A DNA stretch of 64,000 nucleotides, taken from the NCBI GenBank assembly GCA_963761305.1, contig CAVXGK010000002.1, positions 1,248,001 through 1,312,000 of the forward strand. Reading direction: 5' to 3'. Positions within the stretch are counted from its first letter, which is position 1, and every line of letters begins with the position of its first letter. This DNA comes from an uncultured Gemmatimonadaceae bacterium (lineage in GTDB: Bacteria > Gemmatimonadota > Gemmatimonadetes > Gemmatimonadales > Gemmatimonadaceae). Positions 55,701-64,000 of the stretch are shown here, piece after piece. Below the pieces are notes generated by a model. The model was not told the DNA's origin and made no database searches. It saw nothing but the letters and a program-made list of their open reading frames with translations. Both the position numbers and the translations under genes were made by a program.

Positions 55701-56045
55701 ATGCCGACAGAATCAACCAAGGACCGCCTGCACGGCACGCTCGACGCGCTCGTGCTCAAGACGCTGAGCTGGGGCCCGCGCCACGGCTACGCCATCGCGC
55801 GCTGGCTCGAGGACACGAGCCGCAACGCGCTCCAGATCGAAGAAGGCTCGCTCTATCCGGCGCTGTACCGCATGGAGCGCAAAGGATGGATCGAAGCCGA
55901 GTGGGGCACGTCGGAGCTGGGACGCAAGGCGCGGTTCTACAAGCTCACGGCGCGCGGACGCCGCCAACTCCGCTCCGAAGCGAGCGAGTGGACGGCGTTC
56001 GCGCGCGTCGTGGCCACCGTGCTCGCCGCGCCGTCGGACGGCTGA
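55701..56045 (+). CDS. PadR-family transcriptional regulator (acidobacterial type)
   Basis: GTLDALVLK, HGYAIA, EEGSLYPALYRME, RKARFYKLT. Confidence 0.94.
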   Translation: MPTESTKDRLHGTLDALVLKTLSWGPRHGYAIARWLEDTSRNALQIEEGSLYPALYRMERKGWIEAEWGTSELGRKARFYKLTARGRRQLRSEASEWTAFARVVATVLAAPSDG

Positions 56046-56048
56046 GCG

Positions 56049-58730
56049 ATGGCGAGCTTGGGCCGTGGACCGCGCGAGTTGGGCTCGCCGTTCTGGCGTG
56101 CGAGTGTGGGCGACGAGGTCGACGCCGAGCTCGCGTTTCACGTCGAGATGCGAACGCGCGAGCTCGTGGCCGGGGGCATGGACCCCGCCGCCGCGCGCGC
56201 GGCGGCGATCGCGCGATTCGGCAACCTGCCGCACGTGAACGCCGAATGCCGGCACATCGGCAATTCCAGGGAGCGAGGCATGCGACGCACTGAATATCTC
56301 GCCGAGCTCGCGCACGACGCGCGCTTCGCCATCCGACAACTGGTCAGAACGCCGCTCTTCACCGCCGTCGCGATCGCGACGCTGGCACTCGGCGTGGGCG
56401 CGACGACCGCCATCTTCAGCGCGGTGAATGCCGTCGTGCTGCGGCCGTTTCCGTTCCTGCGCCCCAACGAGCTGACGTTTCTGTTCACGTCGTGGCACGG
56501 CACGGACGGCAGCGTGTCGGTCGGTGATTTCGCCGACTGGCGCAAACGCTCGACGAGCTTCGCCAACATGGCGGCGGTCCAATTCGTCGGCATGACGCTG
56601 TCGACCGGCGATTCGCCGGAGCGCGTGACCGGTGCCCAGGTCACGGCGAGTCTGTTTCCCACGTACGGCGTCGCGCCCGAGCTCGGACGCGTGTTCGCGG
56701 AAGCAGAAGACGGGCCCGGACAGCCGGCGGTCGTCGTGCTCAGCGATGGACTGTGGCGCCGCGCGTACGGCGCCGATCCGGCCATCGTCGGACGCACGAT
56801 CACGGTCAACGGCGCGCCGGCGACGGTGGTCGGCGTCATGCCGCGGACCTTCGACCCCACCGACTCGCGCGAGGAGCTGTGGATGCCGGCGGCCTACACG
56901 CCGGAGCGCCTCGCCTTTCACGATGAGCATTTTCTGACGGTCGTCGGCCGCCTCAAGCCGGGCGTCACGGCCGCGGCGGCGCAGAAGGAGATGGCCGCCA
57001 TCTCCCGCCACATGTCCGACGAATACCCGACGACCAACGCCGACAACTCCTCGCACGTCGTTCCGCTGGGCGGCGCGGTGATCGGCGCGTACCGGTCGCG
57101 GCTCTTCGTGCTCCTCGGCGCCGTGGGTTGCGTGTTGCTCATCGCCTGCGCCAACGTCGCCAACCTGCTGTTGGCGCGCGGCGCGACGCGGGCCACCGAG
57201 CTGGCAATTCGGTCGGCGATCGGTGCCGGGCGATCGCGCATCGTGCGACAACTGCTGACCGAGAGCTTCGTGCTGGCGCTGGTGTCCGCCGTCGCGGGCG
57301 TGGGCCTGGCCTGGGGCGGCGTGCGCGTTCTCGTCGCCGCGGCGCCGCCGAACATTCCGCGCCTCGCCGACACGCGCATCGACCTGTGGGTGCTGCTGTT
57401 CGCGCTCGCCATCGCCGTCGTGAGCAGCGTGCTGTTCGGTCTGGTGCCGGCACTCAAGGCGTCGCGCGGGAATCTCGAGGCGACGCTGCGCGAAGGTGGA
57501 CGGCAGGCCACCGCCGGGCCGCGCGACCGTGTGCGCTCGATGCTGGTTGCTGGAGAGGTCGCGATCGCACTGACGCTGCTCGTCGCCGCGGGGCTGCTGA
57601 TTCGCAGCGCGATCTACCTCAATCACGTGACCCCCGGGTTCGATCCCGCCGGCGTTCTCTCGGCGCGCGTCGCGCTGCGCCCGACGGGGTACAAGCAAGG
57701 CGCGGAGGAGGCCGAGCAAACCTTCACGCGCATTCTCGACGCGGTTCGTGCCGCGCCGGGCGTGCAAACGGCGTCGCTCACGTCGCAGGCGCCGATGGGA
57801 CCGGGCGGCGGGTCGAACGGCGTCGTGCCGGAAGGAAAGACGCCCAACATCAAGAACGCGGTGGACGCGCGTCTTCGCATGATCACCGCGGGCTATCTCT
57901 CGACGATGCGCATTCCGCTCGTCGCCGGGCGCGAAATCGACCAGAGCGACGTGCGCGGCGGCCTGCGCGTCGCGGTGGTGAGCGCGGCGCTCGCCAAGGC
58001 GCTGTGGCGCGGCGAGAACGCCGTCGGAAAACGATTCGCATGCTGCGAGGGAGATCCGGGCGACCCGCGATGGAAAACGGTCGTCGGCGTAGCGGCCGAC
58101 GTGCGCTCCGGCGGACCGACGCGCGACGTGCGCCCAGAGTTCTACCTCCCGATGATGCAGGCGCCGGCAGAAGCGTGGAGCTGGGTCGGCCGCACGATGA
58201 CGATCGTCGCGCGGTCCGCCAGCGGCAACGGCGCGTCGATCACGCCGGCGATTCGCACCGCCGTCAAATCGGTGGACGCATCCCTGCCGGTCTATTCGGT
58301 CTACACGATGGACCAGAGCATCGCGCAATCGCTCGCCGAACAGCGTTTCCACTTGATGCTACTGGTCACGCTCGGCGCGGTGGCGTTGCTGCTCGCGGCG
58401 GCGGGGATCTACAGCGTGATCTCGTTCATCGTCGCGCTGCGGACGCACGAGATCGGCGTACGTCTCGCGCTGGGCGCGACGGGAAGCGACGTCGTCCGGC
58501 TGCTCACGCGACAGGGGCTGCGTCCGGTCGTCGGCGGCACCGCGCTCGGCACGCTGCTCGCGCTGTGGGCGACGCGCCTGCTGCGCGGCTCGGTGTACGG
58601 CGTGCAGACCTCGGACCCAGCAACGATCGGCGTTGGCGTCGCAGTGCTGCTCGGCGTGGCGACGCTCGCCATCGTGCTTCCCGCGCGCCGCGCGACACGC
58701 GTCGATCCGACGACGGCGCTACACGGCTGA
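56049..58730 (+). CDS. ADOP-type duplicated MacB/FtsX ABC permease
   Basis: Permease-prefix domain (EVDAELAFHVEM...ARFG), TLALGVGATTAIFS, LLIACANVANLLLAR, RTHEIGVRLALGA, PARRATRVDP. Confidence 0.93.
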   Translation: MASLGRGPRELGSPFWRASVGDEVDAELAFHVEMRTRELVAGGMDPAAARAAAIARFGNLPHVNAECRHIGNSRERGMRRTEYLAELAHDARFAIRQLVRTPLFTAVAIATLALGVGATTAIFSAVNAVVLRPFPFLRPNELTFLFTSWHGTDGSVSVGDFADWRKRSTSFANMAAVQFVGMTLSTGDSPERVTGAQVTASLFPTYGVAPELGRVFAEAEDGPGQPAVVVLSDGLWRRAYGADPAIVGRTITVNGAPATVVGVMPRTFDPTDSREELWMPAAYTPERLAFHDEHFLTVVGRLKPGVTAAAAQKEMAAISRHMSDEYPTTNADNSSHVVPLGGAVIGAYRSRLFVLLGAVGCVLLIACANVANLLLARGATRATELAIRSAIGAGRSRIVRQLLTESFVLALVSAVAGVGLAWGGVRVLVAAAPPNIPRLADTRIDLWVLLFALAIAVVSSVLFGLVPALKASRGNLEATLREGGRQATAGPRDRVRSMLVAGEVAIALTLLVAAGLLIRSAIYLNHVTPGFDPAGVLSARVALRPTGYKQGAEEAEQTFTRILDAVRAAPGVQTASLTSQAPMGPGGGSNGVVPEGKTPNIKNAVDARLRMITAGYLSTMRIPLVAGREIDQSDVRGGLRVAVVSAALAKALWRGENAVGKRFACCEGDPGDPRWKTVVGVAADVRSGGPTRDVRPEFYLPMMQAPAEAWSWVGRTMTIVARSASGNGASITPAIRTAVKSVDASLPVYSVYTMDQSIAQSLAEQRFHLMLLVTLGAVALLLAAAGIYSVISFIVALRTHEIGVRLALGATGSDVVRLLTRQGLRPVVGGTALGTLLALWATRLLRGSVYGVQTSDPATIGVGVAVLLGVATLAIVLPARRATRVDPTTALHG

Positions 58731-60056
58731 GGCGACCGCCGGCAGCACGCGTCCGCGGCACTCGCCGAATCCGATTCGGCGCGCGCCCGGACGCTCGCAA
58801 TGGCCGCGCAGAATTACTTCGTCGCCGTCCTGCAGGAAGGTGCGCGTCTCGCCATTCGGCAGCGCGATCGGTTCCGTGCCGCGCCACGCGCGCTCCAGCA
58901 AGCAGCCGCGCGACTCTTTCGTCGCGCCGGACACCGTTCCGCTGCCGAGGAGATCGCCGGGGCGCAGGTTGCAGCCGTTGCTCGCGTGATGGGTGATGAG
59001 CTGGGCGACGGTCCAGTACATGTCGGCGAACGATCCGCGGCTGAGCAGCGCGGGGCTCGTCTTGGCGTCGCGCATCATCTGCGTCGTGAGATAGACCTCG
59101 AGCGTGATCGCGAATCCACCCGCCTCCGCGTCGGCCGAATTCTGGAGATAGGCGAGCGGCTCGGGATCGCCTTCAGCGCGCGGACGCGCCGGCGCGCGAA
59201 AGGGCGCGAGCGCGTCGAGCGTGACGACCCACGGCGAGATCGACGTCGCGAAGCTCTTGGCCAGGAAGGGACCGAGCGGTTGGTATTCCCACGTCTGGAT
59301 GTCGCGCGCCGACCAGTCGTTCAGCAGACAGAGACCGAAGAGGTGCTCCTCCGCCGCGCGGATTGGAATTCTCTCACCGAGCGGATTCCCGCCGCCGATG
59401 AAGGCGCCCACCTCGAGCTCGTAGTCGAGTCGCCGGCTCGGACCGAACGTTGGCGAAATGGCGTCGCCGTCGCGCGTTTGCCCCACCGGACGCACGACCT
59501 TGGTGCCGCTGACCACCACCGACGATGCCCGTCCGTGATAGCCGATCGGTATCCACTTGTAGTTCGGGAGCAGCGGATTGTCGGGGCGCAGCATTGTGCC
59601 GACGTTCGTCGCGTGCTCGATCGACGCGTAGAAGTCCGAATAGTCGCCGACCGCCACGGGCACCAGCAGCTCCGCCTCGCTCATCGGAACGAGGTACGGC
59701 TCGACCTGCGGCGCGGTCGACGCGTTGGCCTCGCCATCGCTCAGTAGTTCGCTCACGGCGGCGCGCAGTACTCGTGCACCGTCGCGCCCGCGCGCCATCA
59801 CGGCGTTCAGCGTCACCTCGCCGAGGCGACCGACGAGATCGTCGTCGAGCGACGGCAGGTTGCCGTGTCTCGCGCACCCGATGAGATCGAGAATCTGGTC
59901 GCCGATCGCGACGCCGATGCGCCCTGCGTCCACCGTTCCGCGCCGGCGAAAGACGCCGAGCGGAAGATTTTGAATGGGAAAATCGCTCTCGCGCGCGTTC
60001 GCGACGGCCACCCACGACGTGAGCGTGGGGTCGTGGGTGCGGTCGAGCTCGATCAC
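58719..60056 (-). CDS. fahA: Fumarylacetoacetase
   Basis: DFPIQNLPLG, DYSDFYASIEHA, YHGRASS, LDYELE, NDWSARDIQ.WEY.PLGPF, GSGTVSG; GTG 60056 in GTGA overlap. Confidence 0.95.
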   Translation of the reverse strand: MIELDRTHDPTLTSWVAVANARESDFPIQNLPLGVFRRRGTVDAGRIGVAIGDQILDLIGCARHGNLPSLDDDLVGRLGEVTLNAVMARGRDGARVLRAAVSELLSDGEANASTAPQVEPYLVPMSEAELLVPVAVGDYSDFYASIEHATNVGTMLRPDNPLLPNYKWIPIGYHGRASSVVVSGTKVVRPVGQTRDGDAISPTFGPSRRLDYELEVGAFIGGGNPLGERIPIRAAEEHLFGLCLLNDWSARDIQTWEYQPLGPFLAKSFATSISPWVVTLDALAPFRAPARPRAEGDPEPLAYLQNSADAEAGGFAITLEVYLTTQMMRDAKTSPALLSRGSFADMYWTVAQLITHHASNGCNLRPGDLLGSGTVSGATKESRGCLLERAWRGTEPIALPNGETRTFLQDGDEVILRGHCERPGARRIGFGECRGRVLPAVASAV

Positions 60057-60988
60057 GGGAGGAGCGCCATGGAGCGGAGCTCGTCCACCGGCTCTCGAAA
60101 CGAGCACGAACCGAACGAGCCGAACATGCGGCCGTGGGTCGCGGCGAGTTGCGCCGATTCCAAATGGTGTCCTCGCCAGTCGACGCCGCGATCGCTGAAC
60201 GAGAACGACGACGCGTCGCGCTCCTCGAGCAGCCGCACGGCGTCGTCGTCAGGCATTCCCGCGGCGAGAAACGCGGCGGCGAGGAACACGTTGAGAAATC
60301 CGAACATCGACCCGCGCGGTGCGTTCGGCGCGTAGGTGAGCGCGTAGGATCCGGTGAGCGGATGATGCAGCCCCGCCGTCGCCTTGAACGGCACGCCGGC
60401 GTCGAGACAGACGCGCATGAAGCGCGCGACCGCACGCGCCGGCGGAAACGCGTCGGCGGTGACGCCGCCCGTTCGAATCTTCGCGCGAACACCCGCCGCG
60501 CGCGCGGCGTCGACGAGCAGATCCAGCGTCACACCTCCGTCGAGCGGCAGCTCGGCGAACACCTCGAATCCGGACGCGGCTCGCGAGGCGAGCTGGTAGA
60601 TCACGTCGGGGCGATCGGCTTTCGCCTCGATCGCGTCGACGACGCCGGCGCTTCGAGCAATCCGCGCGTTGAAATCGGCGACCGCGTCGAGATCCGCGGT
60701 GATGTTCACGCCGAGCACGGCACTGACCCGCACATCAGACGCGTCGGCGGCGCGGAGCGAATCGGCAAGCTCGTTCAACCGCGCCGCCGGTACGACGAAT
60801 CTGCCGAGCATCGGCGCGTCGTCGCTCGCGCGATACGACGCGTAGTTGCGAACCGCGGTGTCCATGTCGAGCGCAGCGGGCGGAAACAATCCGGCGTAGT
60901 CGATCGCGCCCGTCAGTAGCTGGCGCAGCAAAGCGGACGCGGCGTGCGCTCTCGTCGAGGCCGTTGGAGTGCCGGGGCCGCCGCTCAT
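60053..60988 (-). CDS. Conserved hypothetical protein coupled to fahA
   Basis: IDYAGLFPPA, KIRTGG, FKATAGLHHP, GFLNVF, FGSCSF motifs; start at ATG 60988. Confidence 0.75.
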   Translation of the reverse strand: MSGGPGTPTASTRAHAASALLRQLLTGAIDYAGLFPPAALDMDTAVRNYASYRASDDAPMLGRFVVPAARLNELADSLRAADASDVRVSAVLGVNITADLDAVADFNARIARSAGVVDAIEAKADRPDVIYQLASRAASGFEVFAELPLDGGVTLDLLVDAARAAGVRAKIRTGGVTADAFPPARAVARFMRVCLDAGVPFKATAGLHHPLTGSYALTYAPNAPRGSMFGFLNVFLAAAFLAAGMPDDDAVRLLEERDASSFSFSDRGVDWRGHHLESAQLAATHGRMFGSFGSCSFREPVDELRSMALLP

Positions 60989-61031
60989 CCGACGAAAATA
61001 GCGGCCCCTACCCGCTCGGAAAAAGAGGTTT

Positions 61032-61126
61032 AACGCAGATGCCGCAGATTCGAAAAGCAATGCCGCAGATGACCCGTCTTTTGGTCATCTGCGGCATTGC
61101 TGTTGAGGATCTGCGGTATCTGTGTT
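61032..61126. repeat. Nested inverted repeat (REP/MITE-like) built from CGCAGAT units
   Basis: Perfect 19-bp inner stem 61056-61074 / 61083-61101 and near-perfect 18-bp outer stem 61032-61049 / 61109-61126. Confidence 0.85.
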
Positions 61127-61166
61127 TCCTGTCCGGACGCCGTGGTGCCGATTGCCCTCGAACGGG

Positions 61167-61793
61167 CTAGAAGTCGAACTTCAATCCCGCCGTCAGCGCG
61201 AAGTTGTTCGCCGTCTGCCCGGTGAGTCCGAGTCCGGTCACGTCCTGAAAGTTGAACTGCCCGATGTAGTCCTTCGCCATCACGCGCAGCGCGATGCCGC
61301 GGCCGACCGCGAAGTCGGCGCCCGCTCCGACGTTACCGGCCAGATTCGTCGCCGTGGTCGTGAGGAAGTCCGCGTCGATGTTGTAGTGCATTGCGCCGAC
61401 GCCGGCCTGGATGAACGGCGAGAACGCGAGCGAGCTGGTCTTCGTCGCGCCGAAGTTGTACTGGAGATCCGCGTCGTAGATGTACATCTGGCTGTGCCCC
61501 ACATCGATGCCGCTGAGGAACGGCACACCGATCTGGAAGTCCGACGACGTGTAGCCAAGGTTGCCGACCAACGACACGTTCTTCGACATCGGCAGATCCA
61601 GCTGCGTGCCGTACATGAGTCCGGGTGAATTCGTGAGACTCGTCCCGAATGGACCCTTCAGATAGTCGCCGAACATCATGTAGCCGACGTACGGTGTGAT
61701 GTGCACCTGCGGCGCAGACTCCGGGGTCTGTGCGCCGACTGACGCGGCAACGAGGGTTGAGACCCCGATGGCGATGTTGCGAAGGCTGCGCAT
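61167..61793 (-). CDS. Outer-membrane beta-barrel protein (OmpA-like 8-strand type)
   Basis: Signal peptide, alternating beta strands (SPFIQAGVG, GNVGAGADF), terminal Phe; start at ATG 61793. Confidence 0.85.
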   Translation of the reverse strand: MRSLRNIAIGVSTLVAASVGAQTPESAPQVHITPYVGYMMFGDYLKGPFGTSLTNSPGLMYGTQLDLPMSKNVSLVGNLGYTSSDFQIGVPFLSGIDVGHSQMYIYDADLQYNFGATKTSSLAFSPFIQAGVGAMHYNIDADFLTTTATNLAGNVGAGADFAVGRGIALRVMAKDYIGQFNFQDVTGLGLTGQTANNFALTAGLKFDF

Positions 61794-62003
61794 ATGAATT
61801 CGAGGTTGATGTGAGGTTTCGCGAGGTTCGCTGCGACTCCTTGGGAAGGCATGCCAAGGACCAACTGTTTCGCAGATGGCCAAGCACGTCGAACTCGTTC
61901 GCGGTGCGCGAGTTACGTCAGATTGCGGAATCTTTGTGGCGGTCGTCGGCGTCCGCGAACGGGGACGAAACAGCGTCCCCGCGAAGCGTCGCCCGGCGAC
62001 AAA

Positions 62004-62339
62004 TCACTTGGCTCGCGACAATCGCCAGCCGAAGCGCGCGAGCGACACGCGGCCGCCCGCGTTGACGGTGACCCCTTCGCGCGCGAGGCGAATGCGCTGC
62101 GTCGTCCCGGAGCTCGAACTCACACGCTCCAGGCTCAGCCGTCCCTGCGCGTTGATGACGCGGTGCCACGGGACGCTGGTGCCGTCTGGCAGCGCGGCCA
62201 ACGCGTAGCCGACCTGCCGAGCGTGACCCGGCAGACCCGCGATGCGCGCGACGTTTCCATAGGTCGTGACTTTGCCGCTCGGAATGCGGCGAACGACCGC
62301 GTAGATGCGCGCGTAGGTACCGCGCGCCCCCCCCGTCAC
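62004..62339 (-). CDS. atl: Alkyltransferase-like protein (MGMT family, Atl/YbaZ)
   Basis: IPSGKVTTYG, ARQVGYAL, PWHRV (Trp replaces catalytic Cys); GTG 62339 in GTGA overlap. Confidence 0.9.
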   Translation of the reverse strand: MTGGARGTYARIYAVVRRIPSGKVTTYGNVARIAGLPGHARQVGYALAALPDGTSVPWHRVINAQGRLSLERVSSSSGTTQRIRLAREGVTVNAGGRVSLARFGWRLSRAK

Positions 62340-63287
62340 ACCGCGCCGCTGAAGGCGAGCGTGTTGCTCGTCGTCGAGCTCGTCGCGTCGAGCTTGGGCC
62401 GGCACGCCAGCCGTTCCCGGATGAGAGACGTCACGTCGGCGAGTTCTTTGCCGACGAGCTCGAGCCGGGGCGGACGCACGGCGGCGTTGCCCTGCCCGAC
62501 TTCCGTCTGCACGAGCTTGATGAGCTGGACGAACTTCGGAACCGTGTCGAGGCGAAGCAGCGGCAGGAACCACTCGTACAGCGCCCGCGCTTCGTCCAGC
62601 CGGCCGTCGCGCGCCAACTCGAACACGCGCACCGACTCGAGCGGCAGCGCATTCACCAAGCCCGCGACCCAACCCGTCGCGCCCATCGGGATGGACTCGA
62701 GAATGGCGTCGTCCATGCCCGCGAAAATGGCGAGGCGGTCGCCCAGCGTTTCGTGAATCGCCGTGATTCGACGCACGTCGCCGCTCGATTCCTTCACGGC
62801 GTGGAGATTCGCGTGCGCCGTGAGCTCGACAAGCTGCGGCGGTGACACGTCGGTGCCGTACGCGATCGGATTGTTGTACAGCATGCACGACAGACTCGTC
62901 GCGCCGATGACCGCGTCGTAGTGGGCCTTGGTCTCGCGCCAGTCGCCGCGATAGACGTACGGCGGCAGCACCATGAGTCCGTCGCATCCCGCGGCCTGGG
63001 CGCGGTGCGCCAGCGCGACGCATTCCGCGGTCGCCAATCCGGCGATGCCGGCGACGGCCGGCACGTCACTGCCGAGCGCGCGGCGGCACGTCTCGAGAAT
63101 ACTCACCTTCTCGTCGAACTGGAGCGTGGCCGCCTCGCCCAAGCGACCCGAGCGCCACCACGCCGCGACAGCCGGAATCGGTCAGCCACCGAACGTGTTT
63201 CTCGAGTCGCGGATGGTCGACCGCGAGCCCCGCGCCGAACGGGGTGGTGATGGCGGGAAATACGCCTTGCCAGTCGCGCTGCTGCAT
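62336..63287 (-). pseudogene. DapA-family enzyme (probable pyrroline-4-hydroxy-2-carboxylate deaminase), frameshifted near 63140
   Basis: N-terminus WQGVFPAITTPF...ALGSLG in one frame; GEAATL...YNNP...KESSGD in another; one extra base splits GSLGE. May be a sequencing error. Confidence 0.8.
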
Positions 63288-63325
63288 CGTTGGCGAGCTC
63301 CTTCAGGGTTCGATGTTCGTCCGAC

Positions 63326-64000
63326 TCACACATTTCTCTCGAGCAGTGCGCCGACGGCCGTCGGTTGAACCGGCACGTGCGGTGCCTCGCGCGGCCAGCC
63401 CCACATGTATTCCAGCGCGACGCCGCACACGCGCCCTTGGCAGGGACCCATTCCCACGCGCGTGTACAGCTTGGCCTGTCGAGGCGTCCAGGTTTGGTCC
63501 AGCTCCCCGAGCCGGACGTCCTCGCAGCGACAGACAATCGTGTCGCCAGTCGCGAGCCCGCGCAACTCGGCCCGCAGGGCGAATCCTTCGGCGAGCCAAT
63601 CGGCCTCTCGGCGCAAGCGCGCCCGCGAGCGGCGGAGTCCGGTCGAGGGCTCGCGGCCTGCCGCCACCAGCCCGGCGATCTCGCCCTCCACGAGCGACAG
63701 GTCGACGCCACCAATTCCTGTCGGTTCGCCGGCGCAAAACACGCCGGGCACGTTGGTCGCCTGCCGGTCGTCCACTTCTACGCCATTCTCTCCCACGGCG
63801 CATCCGACAAAGCTCGGAAGCTCGACGTTGGGTACGAGCCCGAACGCCGTGGCCACGATGTCGCACTCGATCGTGCGCGAGGACGCGCCATCGGTGAGTG
63901 TCACCGACTCGACACGCCCGTTCCCATTGGCGCTCGCGATCCACCTTCCCGTCGAGTAGGTCGTACCGGCGATCCGCGCTCGGAGCACCGCAGCCTGGAG
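63326..64000 (-). CDS. FAD-dependent oxidoreductase with C-terminal BFD-like [2Fe-2S] domain (D-hydroxyproline dehydrogenase alpha / HcnB-like); 5' part outside window
   Basis: FGLVPNVEL, VFCAGEPTGIGG, VCRCEDV...RVGMGPCQGRVC. Confidence 0.82.
   Translation of the reverse strand, partial: LQAAVLRARIAGTTYSTGRWIASANGNGRVESVTLTDGASSRTIECDIVATAFGLVPNVELPSFVGCAVGENGVEVDDRQATNVPGVFCAGEPTGIGGVDLSLVEGEIAGLVAAGREPSTGLRRSRARLRREADWLAEGFALRAELRGLATGDTIVCRCEDVRLGELDQTWTPRQAKLYTRVGMGPCQGRVCGVALEYMWGWPREAPHVPVQPTAVGALLERNV

Noticed and set aside
61838..61860. Sigma54 promoter upstream of the OMP gene
   Set aside because: Minus-strand TGGCAT is present but the -12 TTGC is replaced by CCCA; the sequence is better read as a hairpin TCCTTGG/CCAAGGA.

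Overview
Very GC-rich bacterial chromosomal window; gene content and order suggest Gemmatimonadota (inference, not searched). Bases 1-34 kb are one co-directional minus-strand run. A housekeeping block (tilS-hpt-ftsH-folP-cdaA-DUF2723-yggS-divIVA-PNP-ileS-dksA-lspA-lspA-rluD) leads directly into an 18 kb signalling cluster. In that cluster a chemosensory set with no receptor in the window (cheW-cheY-cheA-cheC ... cheR-cheD-cheB-cheW-cheW) is split by an inserted module: a large TPR protein, two DUF4388 proteins (one with an MshEN-like c-di-GMP motif), three roadblock/MglB proteins, an MglA GTPase and a protein made of two tandem DnaA-type AAA+ domains without DnaA domains I and IV. This Che-Mgl-double-DnaA cluster is the best candidate for an uncharacterised system. 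The right half holds an unannotated 56-aa membrane protein, an exported peptidase/propeller protein, a TonB-dependent receptor, an ECF sigma/anti-sigma/three-HEAT-protein operon, a stand-alone ~200-nt transcript with a 13-nt match to the 16S rRNA 3' end, dut, an M1 aminopeptidase, an slt-osmoprotectant ABC operon, a LysM protein, a PadR-ADOP pair, fahA, an outer-membrane barrel, atl and a probable hydroxyproline catabolic cluster. Two apparent frameshifts are present (a G10 tract in the last cheW and a +1 base in the DapA-family gene). No rRNA, tRNA, CRISPR array or transposase was found.
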